Below, in pieces: positions 27,119-40,817 of a stretch of DNA of 64,000 bases (the stretch's first letter is position 1; the number at the start of each line of letters is the position of its first letter). The position numbers and the translations under genes were made by a program. This stretch comes from Octopus sinensis (lineage: Eukaryota): the NCBI RefSeq assembly GCF_006345805.1, contig NC_043009.1, positions 70,184,001 through 70,248,000 of the forward strand, written 5' to 3'. The notes under the pieces were generated by a model. It saw nothing but the letters and a program-made list of their open reading frames with translations. It was not told the origin of the DNA and ran no database searches.

Positions 27119-28894
27119 ATTTAGTCGAACAGTGCACTGACTAACTCATTTGCCCCCAACAATGAAATATGTGTGTTCTTTGGTAAGCTAGATTAAACAG
27201 TTTTCTGGTTTCCCTGTCTGCCCTATTCGTGTTTGCAGCCTGGCTTTGATTGCCCATGGAAGCCATTTCTCTCTTATACGCTGACTATTTACACCATTGA
27301 TGCAGTTGACTTCTCATTATTACTTTGTAATAATGAGATGGCTTCCGTATAGTCAGGCGAATTGCTAGAAAAAAAACCCAAATCTGCGTCAAATGACAGC
27401 AATACTGGAAGAAGACTTTAGATAATGTATTTCTAGATTCTTCGTAAAGAGACGGTATGGGCATGGCTGGAATGCTTTTCTTTTATCATAGGTCTGCTCT
27501 ATACGACCACATTATTGTAAAAATACCGGAATTTGCGTTTGGACAGACGAAAAAACAATGCATTTATTTGCATTAAAATTGCCTTCTTTCATATTTCATG
27601 ATGTTATCCATACATATTTACTTTTTGATCAACGTATATTATAGATCCCCTCTCTATTGCTAATTTGTCGATAAAATGTTGACATTCAGTCGACGCCGTA
27701 TAAAATCATGAGAAGAATATATAAAGAGAGAAAATGCCTTATCACGAAATAAATGTCTCAGTCATTTTTATTTCCTTTACTAAAAGTCTTGGAGTATAAA
27801 ATGCTTTTATTGGTTTAATAAGGAAACGAAATATTGTTCCTTTACATTTAACGATACTATGACAAGTTTATGTCAGATCTAATTTGATAATACTTCGATC
27901 ACATCACAAACTCACTAAAGTTTTGTTTGCGGTGAAATATTTGTATAGCAAGGCTTGTATGGACTGTTTATTGTTAGTCATTAAAAACTGTTGTTTGGAA
28001 GGCATCACAAACTTTTCTTCCGAATATATGTTTTCTTATGGGACTTTTATAGCTGGAAGAAAAAGTAGGAATGGAATGCCGAATTTTAATCTAAAGAAGC
28101 AACGACTGAGTTCTATACTTACAAACAAACATATGTATTGGAAGAGGCGAACGGTTTCGAATTTAATAGTTGCTTAACATTTGAAACTGTGGAGTCGATG
28201 TGCTGACAGATTGTACAGTTGAGAATTAATAGCTTGTGAGCTTTCAGACATGTCATTAATAATTTTCAATAATCTTACATTTTGCATTGCAATTCGTCCT
28301 GAAGAGTATCAAGAAAACAGAAGTGTCAGCACATTTCTAAGGAAAATTCAATTAAACTTCATTCTTCAGTTTAGGTCTTATTCGAGCAAAAAATCAAAGT
28401 TTATCAGTGAGTGTTCTTTGCTGGTAGGCTTGGCATTGCGTACATTAACTTCAAAGACTTTTCGGAAAGTTTACCCATTAAATATCTATAGGGTTGAAGA
28501 GCTTTCATCGATAGTTATTTTGGCTATTTTCAGGGAAGCCTTCATTGGAAAAATAAAGAACTATGAACAAAGATATTACCGATTTCATCAGCAGATATTT
28601 TTCATGTCAAATTGTATCTTGGGTTATACAATCCATTCTAACCAACCTTTTTATTAAACTCTTAGAGATTAAAACCACTGCGTAGGAACATTCGTTTGTT
28701 CATGAATAAGAATAGCGAATATAATCGGGCTTGCTTCCACGGGCTGTACATAAGCCAGTCACTTTCTTTATTATGTTATGAAACTATTTTGATGTCCTTT
28801 GAACAGAAACTATACATTATAAAGAAGATAAACACATTATAATATCTAAAATGGTTATATTTTCTGAATGTAATCAGTTCAATAATTGAGAGAG

Positions 28895-28962
<68 letters not shown>

Positions 28963-30892
28963 AGATGGTGTATTAGATCCAACTGGAACGGAATCATCAA
29001 AAACTAAAACAATTAGCTTGATAGTTTGAAGTGTTTTGCCAGTGTGATCAATTTTTGAAAACCACATATCCTCTGCAACAAAGTGTAAGTAATTAAACAA
29101 AAATTCAGTTTTGCACAAAGTTGTAAAAATTAAAATTTAACATGTGAATTTTCTCGGGCAAATATTTGTCAGTTTTTGATTCGAGTACATTTTGTGTCCT
29201 TTATTCTCAATCTTTAGAATGTAACATTTTCATGCACATTTTACAATTTATCACACATTTCAACTGCAAATGATTTTCTCTCATCATATTTCCATCATCA
29301 TATCAGTTCCCACAATATCTTTAACAATCTGTAAGGGGAATCGCTGTTCGAAACGATCGTTTATCGAAAATGAGACATTGTGTCTCTGATAAGACATTCC
29401 TACTTTTTATTTCGAATTTATACAAAGGACAAGCGCAAAACAATGTTTGGGCCCCATTTCTTGCATGTAAGCATGGTTAGTAAAAATTCTCGAGTTGTAA
29501 GGACAGTTTCGGTATGGAAACCAGTGAACAACAACTTAGGCTGGTGTCCTCTGTCGTAGTCTTGGTTATCTCATATGCATAGGAGTAAGATTCGATAAAC
29601 GAAGACTGTGCTGAAGCATGTCAGAGAGATACTCTTGTCCTTCGTTGATAGATATTATATATCACAAGGATTACGCCATCCCCATCCTCTAGTATCTGAT
29701 ATTTGTGTGTTTTTTTGCAAGTAAGTAAGTATTCAAGTATTCTCTTGAATTTGCGGACAATATCATCCCTTCCAGCTAAACATTTTTAGAATTCCTGGTA
29801 CTGGTCATGGTCCCTGTCTATCTCTCTTTGCCCAAGTCAGGTTTAAAACGTCTTAGAACCCTTTTTTAAACGTTGAACAAAACAAAAATGCACTTGCACT
29901 TCTCAAGATCATTAGAAGCAATAAATTAAACGGTGTTGTTTCAGCCATCGTAATTTTAAGCGAAAACAAGGGCTCAGGTGATATCTGGCTCTGCTGTATT
30001 TACCAAATCTCTGTAAATTGGAATTATGTTTGCAAACGAATGGAAAGCTTTTGTTAAATTCTTAAAATGTTTCAGTACTGAGATTGAAATACAGACTTTA
30101 ACAGCGAGTCGTTGACCAAACTTGTAAAGTGTCTTATTTCATAAAACTGGTATTTATGTCGATCTCAAACAAATATAAGCACTCGTATGTTCACCCCTCT
30201 TTCCACCATTGTAAATCTACTTCTTGAATATACATACATGCACACATTAACATGTGCATCTCTCTCCTATTTCTTTGTCGCATATACATACATGTACATA
30301 ACTAGAAATACACGCACACACACACACACATGTGTGTGTGTGTGTAAATACTATGGTCTGTTATTTTGCGGATGGAGAAACGAAAATTTATAAACATTTT
30401 GGAACACATTTACAGTTTAAAAGAAGGGATTGACATTCCAACATAATTTAATCTATGTTACAGTCTCCTGTTGACGTCATCTCATTTGCATATGCGCTCA
30501 ATTACAATGTTTCCAAGAACAGATATATGCGATAACCTGAGTTAAAGCAGTTATTACTGTTTCTCTAGAATTTTAGTTTTAACACTCTAATACACGCCAT
30601 ACTGTAAGGTTATTCTATAGGCAGTGTTTCATTTAAGACATTATATTTAGATTTTTCATGACAGGAAGATCAGAAGATGAGAACATTTCCTCTGATAGAT
30701 CTTCCTTCTGAGGTTGTTAACTTCACACCGAATACATGGGCCAATTGCTGTATTTGGCATGGCAATTTTCATCATGGAAAAATAGTAATTTTATGTTATA
30801 TTAAAGTCATTCACTTTACACGGTGCATTAAATACTCTCCGTTTTTGTTCGAGAAACCTCATATTAAATAGACCCCTCCACACACACTTGTA

Positions 30893-30956
<64 letters not shown>

Positions 30957-32794
30957 TATACAAGTGTGTGTGGAGGGGGTTTCTTTAGTTATATATATAT
31001 GTATACATGTATATATACATTCATGCATATAAACGTCCATCAACCTATCCATGCACAAACATACATAGATAGACAGATAGAGATATATATGTACACGCAC
31101 ATTATCAATAGAGTGAATTTCGGTGAAGCCACCCAAAGACCGGTTGGTGGATTCAGTCTGAACAATAGGAATGGTCTCACCGGAAAGAAAGTCTTCCACA
31201 GACGCTTTTCTGCAAAACCCTACGAGGAGTTATTAGACCACGTGGTAAGACAATTCCTGAAGTTGCTACACAGTGAATCTATCCTGATATTATGTATTCT
31301 CTTAGTAAACTTATGAACTACACATTCATTACCCTTAGATAATAATGTATAAATTTACCTTTGGATAGGACACCTAAACTGTCCTATCCTTTTTAACCCC
31401 AGGTCAGCCAAGATGGAATGGACCTATCATTCAATGTATTCCTATTTTCTACAGTTTTGCAGCCAATTAGAATATAATACACGATGCTTATATAAGAGAA
31501 TAAAGTGAAACTTGAGATAAATTTGGCTGCTATTTCTCGCGGAGAAGAGGACAACTTAGCGTAATACCTAAGTGTAACTTTATGCAGCGTTATCGTTGTT
31601 GTTGCTGTTAAACCCTAGATATGCTCGGGTCCAGTAAAACAATGAGCAAAGATTTCCAGCAGTGACAATTCTGTTTTTAATAATATTTAGGCTTACATTC
31701 TCCAATATCTATTTTCCTTATACAATGGTCGGAGGATATGACTTGAGGGCAAAATTCTTAAAGTTCGAACGACTGCATAACGTCCTATTCACTCTCCAAT
31801 GCAGCATTGAGCAGCTGTTGTTTTTATGTAGAGTGTGGAATGAATGGTACTGCACTGTATAGAGGGAAGAGTCTTATAGTGGAGGAGAAAGAGCGTAAAA
31901 TATTTGCAGCATCATAAATATATTGGAAACACAACAAGCAACACATTTGTATAGGAATAAACTGATATTCAGTTTAGTTATATATAAATGCAATGTTTGT
32001 ATATATAGTTATATATAGTTATATATAAATTCAATGTTCGTTGTTTCCAGTATACAATACAAAAGCAGTGAATGCCATAATCGACATAGAGAGCTGGATA
32101 AAATACAGACAAAATTTTATCACCATCCTTTATGTCCCGAGTTGAATTATTTTTACAGTATTTATTTCTGCTTTTTATGTTCTGAGTTTGAACCCCATTG
32201 GGATCCACTTTGCTCTTGACGATATAAAGTACCTGTCAGGTACTGGAGTCGATATAATTGATGAGCAAATCCCTAAATTTCTGGTTTTGTGCTTCTGTTA
32301 GACAGTTGCTATTTCGGTGTGGGTTAGAAGAAGCGTCTAAACATCGGACCTAGTATTGACTTCCGGCTCTTCATGTTGTGAGATTGAATCTCACCGAAGC
32401 ATCTTCCAGGGAAGAGGAAATCAAATTTAAGTACCACTAGTGTTCTGGCGTCGATTTCACCGACAATTCCTTTTTCAACAAACAAGTGATTTTGTATCTA
32501 TAACGGAAATAGTTCTGTTCTTGCTTTTCCGGGCTGGAGGATTGGCAAAATCAAAAGAGTGGCTTTAAACGCAACTCCTTGTACTTCATTACTCACTCTT
32601 ACAGAAGTGGAAGACTTAGTTTGTTACCCAGGTCAACACAACCCCTGCAGGATTACTGATTCCATAATTGCCTTGTGACGATCATTCCCCGAGAATTTCC
32701 TACATACACGTCCTGGATTCTAGTGGAACAGGTCGGTGTTTACTGCAAAATAAATTAAAACGTTTCTTTTTTGCTGACGATTTCTGAAATGAGC

Positions 32795-32960
32795 AGTTAT
32801 GGATTTGAATATGCAAATGGTTCCAGAGTGGTTAAGCAGACTCCATTCTTGGTCTCCGGAGTCAGAATCAGAAACTCTCTTTCGCTGTGGGAGAACCTGG
32901 AAGAAGACATGGAGCCAATTCCTCACTCTCTGATTAAAAAATTGAAAAACATCAAGTGTT
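32795..32960 (+). mobile_element. Possible Tc1 transposase C-terminal remnant
   Basis: DLNMQMVPEWLSRL then, after a frameshift, LWENLEEDMEPIPHSLIKKL, resembling DLNPIE.VW...LW..LQEEW..IP..I.KL. Confidence 0.3.
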
Positions 32961-33141
32961 ATAAACTGATAAGTATAACATGTTCTGGTTGTGTAGTTAA
33001 TTGGAAGTGGACAGTGGTTTGTTTAGCTCTGAGAGAGAGAGAGAGAGGGGGGGAAAGAGAGAGAGAGAAAGAGAAAGAAAGAGAAAGAGAGAGAGAAAGT
33101 GAGAGAGAGAGAGAGAGAGCGAGAGAAGAGAGTGAAAAAGT

Positions 33142-33172
<31 letters not shown>

Positions 33173-33379
33173 TGAAGAGAAAGTGATTGAAAAAATAAAT
33201 TCGAGTAATTTGAATAAATTTTTCCCAATCGTTGTCAGCCACACAAGAAGTGCCAATCCTGAGCCAACAATTTCTCTCCGCCCCGCAACACAAAAGCTTT
33301 TCTTTCATTCAATTTCTCTCTCCATCGTTGGACTGCGGTTATACCAGAGAAACGTCTAGAATAATTTGCTCGATAAACT

Positions 33380-33932
33380 TGACCTCTATTGCAAATGCTA
33401 TATAGGGACACAGTCTGTGTGTCGATAGCCAGCTGAAAAAGATGTTCTCCAGGGGCTAAAACAACAGTAATACCATCCTTTAAATGACTGCCACATTCTG
33501 TTGGCATATAAACATTACTAACCGGTTCTGTTACTGTATATCTCTCGCTCAGAGATTTAAAACAAGTTGTTTTTCTCGATACGAGATCAGCGACTGTGTA
33601 TCGCTTAAAGAATGTATTTAGTATTCGCAAGTGGAGAGAGCTTTCATCCCTAACCTGCGATTGTCTTACACTGAGGAGAGGTAACCACCAAGAAACCTAG
33701 GTCTGTGAACATCAGGTAAGGCTAGAGATGGGAGCGATGACCTTCTTTGCAAATGCTATAGGGACACAGACTGTGTGTCGACAGCCAGCTGGAAAAGATG
33801 TTTTCCTGGGGGCTAAAACAAAAGTAACATCGTCCTTTATAGGACTGCCCCATTCTGTTGGCGTACAGAATATAATATTCGGTAGTGTTACTGTATATCT
33901 CTCGCCCAGAGATTTAAAACAAGTTGTTTCTC
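33380..33932. repeat. Diverged direct duplication of a ~195-bp unit
   Basis: 33380-33577 versus 33738-33932, roughly 80-85% identical by eye. Confidence 0.9.
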
Positions 33933-33943
33933 TCTCTCTCTCT

Positions 33944-33980
<37 letters not shown>

Positions 33981-33983
<3 letters not shown>

Positions 33984-34256
33984 TTAATAAATAGGGTTCA
34001 GCAAAGATTTGCTTTACCACATACCCAAGTTTAGAAATAGCAGCCAAAAACCGTTAGCTATTTCTTCTACTTTAAAAAGGGACTCCCAGAAAAATCAAAA
34101 TACTTGAAAACAATCCAAAACAAATGTTTTCAAGTATTTTGATTTTTCTGGGAGTCCCTTTTTAAAGTAGAAGAAATAGCTAACGGTTTTTGGCTGCTAT
34201 TTCTAAACTTGGGTATGTGGTAAAGCAAATCTTTGCTGAACCCTATTTATTAAGTA
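33981..34256. repeat. Perfect palindrome, 132-bp arms, 12-nt loop
   Basis: 33981-34112 is the exact reverse complement of 34125-34256, checked base by base. Confidence 0.98.
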
Positions 34257-34676
34257 TTACTTAAGTTTACCGTGAAATGGTCCTTTTTTTCATGCCGAAT
34301 TCTACTTGGTGAAATTATTGATTACTTCTTAATTAATTAATTTTACCCTTTGTTATTATATATATACATGTAGATGGGCTTATAATACAGGCTGTGTCCT
34401 CGTAAAGTACATCCGCTTATACCTGTACTCGAAAGTTGTATACAAATGTTAGAGTTGTGTGAGGTATGTATAAGAGTTGAAACACACAGAAAAATAGGAG
34501 ATTGGAAATAATTTTCGATATTATTTATTCGCGTGTTTCATTTGCTAATGGGAGTTACAAAATTGAACATGGAAAAACATATAAGATGTCGCCTATTAGA
34601 AATTCTTTGGACAGAAAATCAATAATACTATTATTTTATTTTACAATCGCCTTTTTACAAACACACACACACGCAA

Positions 34677-34716
<40 letters not shown>

Positions 34717-35746
34717 ACACACACACACAAGCACACACATGTATTCCAGAAGTGGACCACAACTAGTTTTCTGAAGACTTTCTTTTATCATTGGCTATTT
34801 TGATATTTCCATTCATAAAATTTGGCTGATTCTGTTGTGAAATCTCCCATATTTATTTCTTCTTTATGACAGAGGGTGGATATAAATATCTTATCGCAAT
34901 ATGGCAGTCATTTTCCTCCCTCTTCCGTCCAATTACGACTAACAGTTTACAGATGTAATAACAGTGTTTTGAGTGAATCTTATGCTCAACTCCAGGGTTT
35001 AACTTAATCTCTCCAGCATAAAGCCAGCATTCATTTCGCTTTTCTAACCATATCACTGCTGTGTCGAATATTTTTCTTGTATCCTTCGCGAGCTAAGAGT
35101 ATTTATAGCGTTGGACTTTAGGTTTTCCATTGCAATGGTAGTAGTAGTAGTAGTAGTAGTAGTAATTGTAGTACTAGTCGCAGTTGCATTCATTGATGAC
35201 GTACCACCGTTTCAGCATTGATCAACCATATTATGATAAAAGACGTTCCATTTATGGCCATTCCATCTTACATTGAGACAATGTTTACCTGGAACGACTT
35301 CATTGTTCGTTTTGTTTTTGTCTGAGAACGAGAGAACGATAGTGTATGGTGTGATGAGAATTTGACTGCGCTTTCTAACAGTTCGTGTTTCTCTGTAGAA
35401 CCTTATTTCCTAAAGGGTGAAGAAAAGCTGCCGTTGTTTATGTTTTCGATTTGGATGTTATTTCTGTTGTTTTTATCGGAGTAAATTTATACAAATTCCA
35501 CGCGTTTCTATTTAGAGCGTTTACGGTTTCGAGTATTTATGCCAATAGTGTTTCGATTCAATATGGATATATAAGTACCTATGTAAGTTTATATGCATGC
35601 GTATATGCATGTATGTATGTATGCATGTACGTATATATGCGTGTGTATGTATACATGTATGCATGTATGTAAAGTATGATTGTATGTATGAATGCATTTA
35701 TGCATGTCTGTGTGTACGTAATACCTGAATATATGTATTGTCTATG

Positions 35747-35797
<51 letters not shown>

Positions 35798-35859
35798 GTA
35801 TATATGAATGTACGTATGTGTACATATGTATATGTGTGTTTATGTATATATATATATAT

Positions 35860-36670
35860 TTCTGCTGGTATTCAACTCCAGTTGTTTTATCCTTAAGGAG
35901 ATTCCCATTCATACATTCATGGATGCAAGCTCCACGTTTTGGCTTCCCTACACACTTGATCTTCCCACGAAACAAGCGATGGTCTGTCCAACATTCCACT
36001 CCCCGCATGACCTGCATAATACAGTAATCTCTCTTTTCTCGCTTTCAAGTTATCATATAATCTATCAGGTGCCAGGGTGCATCCATGTAGTCTTGAATTT
36101 ATCTTTTTGCTGAAAAGCAGTGCTCATAAGGAACAGATTCAGCTCAGACCACATCTGTAACAAAAAGTAAGCCATTGTTTTTACAATTTCCCACTCCGTG
36201 TCTTCCAATCACACCTCATCTCTCATGATCTTTACCAAGTCCAGCATTGAAATCGGCCAATATGATAATCTTAGCCTCGTGTGCAATTTTGCGGATATTT
36301 TCTTTTGGAACATCATTTTCCCTTGCATTCATAGTTGGTGCATAAACACTAACAAGTGTTTCCGACCTTTTTGCTTTTAAAGGCAACCTCAGCAATATCG
36401 TTCTGTCATTTACACTGTATGCAATTCCTCTAACTTATCATCCAAGGAGGTTTTCAGAGCAAAAGCAACACCACTTCCTTTTTGCAATTTTCTTTTTTTT
36501 TTCCAGTCTCCGATAAAATGTGTAGCCACTGGATTTCTCAGTAAAGTTACTTTGCCCAAGAACTTTAGTCTCTGACAATGCTACAATGTCCATTGCACAC
36601 TTTTGCTTCTCCTTAGCAATAAGAACAGAACTTCTCTCTGGGTATCTCTGTTCAGCAGAAAATCGATAAT
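35860..36670 (-). mobile_element. RTE-clade LINE, AP-endonuclease domain (inverted 5' segment)
   Basis: PERSSVLIAKE..MDIVALSET, SGVAFAL, VYAPT, IIILADFNAGLGKD, KTTWMHPGT, MRGVECWTDHRLFRGKI, with frameshifts. Confidence 0.88.
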
Positions 36671-37905
36671 TTGGATTGGAGAGACGAATGGATGGACTTC
36701 AAAGTTTTAGGGGTAAAGAAAAAGAAACATCAGGATTGGTTTCATGAGAGGGATGGAAATATTCAACATTGTTGGAAGAAAAACGAAAGGCATTGCATTC
36801 ATTAATAGCAAATGATTCTGACCAAATTAGAGCTTTTTTCAAAGAGATAAAAGCAAATGTACAAAGAAAGATTCGAAAAGATAGAAGCTGCTTCCAACGT
36901 TTCTAATTTTGTTTACTTAGGGAGCACACAAAACACATCAGCGAATCTTGATGATGAAGTGTCACTACGCATTCAGAAAACCAGTTTTGCCTTTGACAAA
37001 CTGGAAGACCGCCTATGGTCTAGACATGGTATTTCCACCGCAACAAAGATTAAGGTATACAATACATATATCTTAACCTCTTTATTGTATGCTTGAAAAA
37101 TCTGGATCATGTATCGTAAGTACTTAAAAATGTCTCAGAAGGATTTTGAGGATCAGCCGAAAAATGTCTGTGAGTGAAAATGAGGCGCTTGACAGAGAAA
37201 ATGCTTCAGTATTGAAGCTTTGCTGTTGCAGTACAGATCGAGATGGAGTGGACACTTAGCCAGAATAACAAAGAACAGAATGCCTACACAACTTTTTTGT
37301 TTAAGAAGAATTGGTGACAGGTAAGCGTCCATCCCACAAACCAAAGATGAGGTACAAAGATTGTCTGAAATCGGGATTGAATAAGGTAAATGTTCCAATT
37401 GACAACTGGGAAGATTTAGCGCATTGCCGTGAAAAATGGAAAAAAGTTGTGTATGAAGACAAAAATGAATTTGAAAGGAAGAAAATGGAACATGCAACGA
37501 TCAAAAGAAAGATAAATAAAAAAGTTACAGGAATGGTGTTCTAGCAAGCATTAATGAACGTGATGATCTTATATGTGATGAATGTGGAAAGATTTGTCTT
37601 AACAAGGCTGGGCTAAAGAGCCACATGAAATCCCACATTGCACGACCGCACATTGATTGTAGATGGACAAATGATTTCGAATGCATACTCTGCCATAAAG
37701 TATACAGATCAAAAAGTGGCTTGAAAAGGCAAAGTTCACGCTGCTGTAAACTATACAATCACCAAGTTTTCTTGTACTAATTCTCAAAAAGCATGCAAGT
37801 CTTTGTCAGGCCCCAAAAGCCATATTCATGCAACTCATCGATGATATTCTAGGACGTAAAGTAGTCAGGTAATGGCTCTACTCACAATCGAGTCCACAAC
37901 CATCA
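36671..37905 (+). mobile_element. RTE-clade LINE: linker, RT C-terminus, zinc fingers and 3' end (most of RT deleted)
   Basis: KKHQDWF, FVYLGST..LDDEVSLRIQKTSFAFDKL..RLWSRHGIS, KRPSHKPKMRYKDCLK, C2H2-like motifs, 3' end ..CAACCATCAT. Confidence 0.9.
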
Positions 37906-40082
37906 TATATATGTATATTTGTATATATATATATTTATGCATGTATATATGTGTGTATGTATATATATGTATATACTATGTATGTATGTATATTTATGTA
38001 TATATATATATGTTTATTTATGTATACATATGTGTATATTTATGTATATTTATGTATATGTATGCATGTATATCTGTCTGTCTGTCTGTCTGTGTGTCTA
38101 TCTATCTATCTATCTATCTATCTATTTATCTCACTATCAGGGACAAATGAATTTTTCCTTTTTGGTTTCATATTGCGTCTAGCTACCTTCGTTATTTACA
38201 CACACACACACATACATACACGCACACACACGCACACATATATACACATATACTAGGAAAAAGGGAGGTGGGGGATTTCGATTATCCCCACGTGGTGAGT
38301 TGTAAAGTATATATAAAGTAAGAAAAGTCAAAAGCACACAGTGTACATAGTTTTAATATATTTTATAATATATCTTTTATAAGTGAGTGTTGTGTTTGTC
38401 GACCGGCTTCACTTTCGCTAATTATGACATTGAAATTATTGCAATTTCGTATTTTCTTTAAAAGATTTTAGTCCATGTTGTATATAGGAGTTTTTGATTA
38501 AAATTAGTCAATAAATAGAAAAATCTAAGGGGAGGTAATTGTTGATTGTTATTATTCGGGACAAGGGAGGTAATTTCTCATATTTTGTGGAGGAGATAAA
38601 TAGATATACACAAACTCAAAAGCTAAACTAGTGAGATGAACTATTTACAGTGATGGGTATGTGAACATAAATTAAAATATATACTGGGACCAAAGTTCAT
38701 TATGCGTTCATATTTAGGCATGTTCTGTATTTTTCGATAAAGTAATTTTCTTTATTTAAACGTTCTTGTACAGAAATAGTTTCATTGCACTGGTAGATGG
38801 GGAAAAACTGTAAAGTTTGGTTGGATATTACCTCTACATCTCTTTATGTGTTCACTCAAAGGAATCTGTCTCTACCGTGGCGAACGGCACTCTGTGCCTT
38901 ACGCAGTATGGCTCTCAATGTATTTTGTATATGTATATGCTTGCACCTTCTGATGTTGCCAGTATAATTCTCTCTGTTTCTTCGCACCATTGCGACTTGA
39001 GCAACTGGACCGATGATATTTCTTCAAACATTTCTTCTAAAATTTTCCACCACAATCCATACAGATATCTCTTTCGGAAGTCCGGTAGGTTTTAATGCCA
39101 AGAAATTCGTTTTTTTTCCTTTCTGATATTGACATTGGTGAATCTGTGAAAAATACAGCTTTGAGGAATAAGTCATGTTATTCTGAAATTAGCCAATTAA
39201 CGTTAGAGAGTGAGAAAATTTGTTTTGTCCCAGGATGATAAATCTGAGACAGAGATCAATTGATGTCTCAGAGCGACGAAAGATAACAATTTCAGTCAAA
39301 TGTGTTAGATTGTAAAATGTTATGGCGAATGGTAATTTAAAAGTTCTTTATATTGGCACAATTCTCTGTCTTTTATACCTTGGTTTTATATTGTGAACAT
39401 CGCTAGAATGGCATCCGTTCAAAGACAGCAGTGAAATCCAAACGATGCGTTTCAGGGTTTGATCTTATACAACGTACTCAACGGACGTAGTTTATAGTCA
39501 CGTGGCACTGGTTCATTGATCTTTCTCCTATAATTATTGTTAGTGTTGTTATTGTTTTTTATGATAGTTGTTGCTCAACCCGATAGACTAAGGAGGAAGA
39601 AGAAGAAAAAGAAGGAGAAGGAGAAGCAAAGAAATAGGAGAACGAGATTAAGAAAAAGAAACAAAAAAGCATAGGATGCTCTTTCAAAGAGTTTATCTTT
39701 TAGAGAAGGATATTAAATGGTTTTTTTTTAAAAACAGCTTTTCTATAATCTATATTAAGTTCTTCATCGCGCAACATTTATGGTTTACTCCTATAAAATG
39801 GTCAACTTTGTTAACAGGTAAGTAAAACCAATTACGAATTTAATGAAGACAAATCTCAAAATTTAGATTATTCATGAAATTAATTTCATTACAGTGAAAA
39901 CAAAAAAGACAAAATAGAGCAAATGGAAGAAACCGTTATTCTAATGTTTTATGGAAATTAATACAAAATTGACACGATTCTGGAATTAAACCGATAAAAA
40001 TATATTTCTTCCTTCCTTATAGTATTATTACAGCTGAAACAACAGCACAAATATTATTATTGATATTTTTTGATTTCTTCGC

Positions 40083-40192
40083 AGACGAGGCGAAACAGAA
40101 AGTCGGCGGAATTTCAACTAACAAGCTTCAATAGGAAGAAGTGTCTCTAGGCATTTTGTTCGGCGTACTAACAATTTTGTCAGTTCGCTGCC
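40083..40192 (-). mobile_element. SINE 5' head fragment
   Basis: GGCAGCGAACTGACAAAATTGTTAG..TTGAAATTCCGCCGAC, homologous to the head at 58700-58808. Confidence 0.6.
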
Positions 40193-40246
<54 letters not shown>

Positions 40247-40249
<3 letters not shown>

Positions 40250-40693
40250 CCGATACACACAGATAGAGAAATTAAGGTCAACAGACCAGATATAGTTGTC
40301 AGAGATCATGAAGAAAAAAATGCTTTCTAATTGATGTATCAATACCGGCAGATGACAACGTGTCTCTAAAAGAAATGGAGAAACTCTCAAAATACAAAGA
40401 CCTGGAAATAGAGGTATCTAGAATGTGGAATCTGAAAACAGAAACAATTCCTATCATAGTAGGTGCATTAGGCATGATAAAAAAATATTCAGATAAATAC
40501 ATAACAAAAACACCAGGACTTACAAACACATATAACATACAGAAAATTGCACTACTAGGCACTGCACACATCCTACGCAGAACACTTTCCATACAATAAC
40601 CATCAGAGCATCACAAAAAATCACAGCACATACCCAAGGCACACAGAGCTGCGCTCGGTAGTGAAGTGAAAGCACGCTATAAAAATAAAACTA

Positions 40694-40696
<3 letters not shown>
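40247..40696 (+). mobile_element. 5'-truncated R4/Dong LINE inserted in (TAA)n
   Basis: MPIHTDREIKVNRPDIVVRD..KCFLIDVSIPADDNVSLKEMEKLSKYKDLEIEVSRMW..IVGALG..LLGTAHILRRTLS with one frameshift, a 3' UTR, and (TAA)n on both sides (40193-40246, 40697-40862). Confidence 0.92.
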
Positions 40697-40760
<64 letters not shown>

Positions 40761-40817
40761 GTAATAATGGTAATAATAATAATAATAATAATATTAATAA
40801 TAATAATAATAATAATA

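Noticed and set aside
28250-28657. 135-aa ORF in AT-rich DNA
   Set aside because: No recognisable homology and no splice or start context.
31112-31244. Exon-like open frame VNFGEATQRP..EELLDHV with a GTAAGA donor
   Set aside because: Weak acceptor; another frame (ESLPQTLFCKTLRGVIRPRGK) resembles an RTE C-terminus, so a LINE remnant is at least as likely.
32795-32850. YGFEY...QTP resembling dynein heavy chain
   Set aside because: Flanking residues do not match; better explained as a Tc1 remnant.
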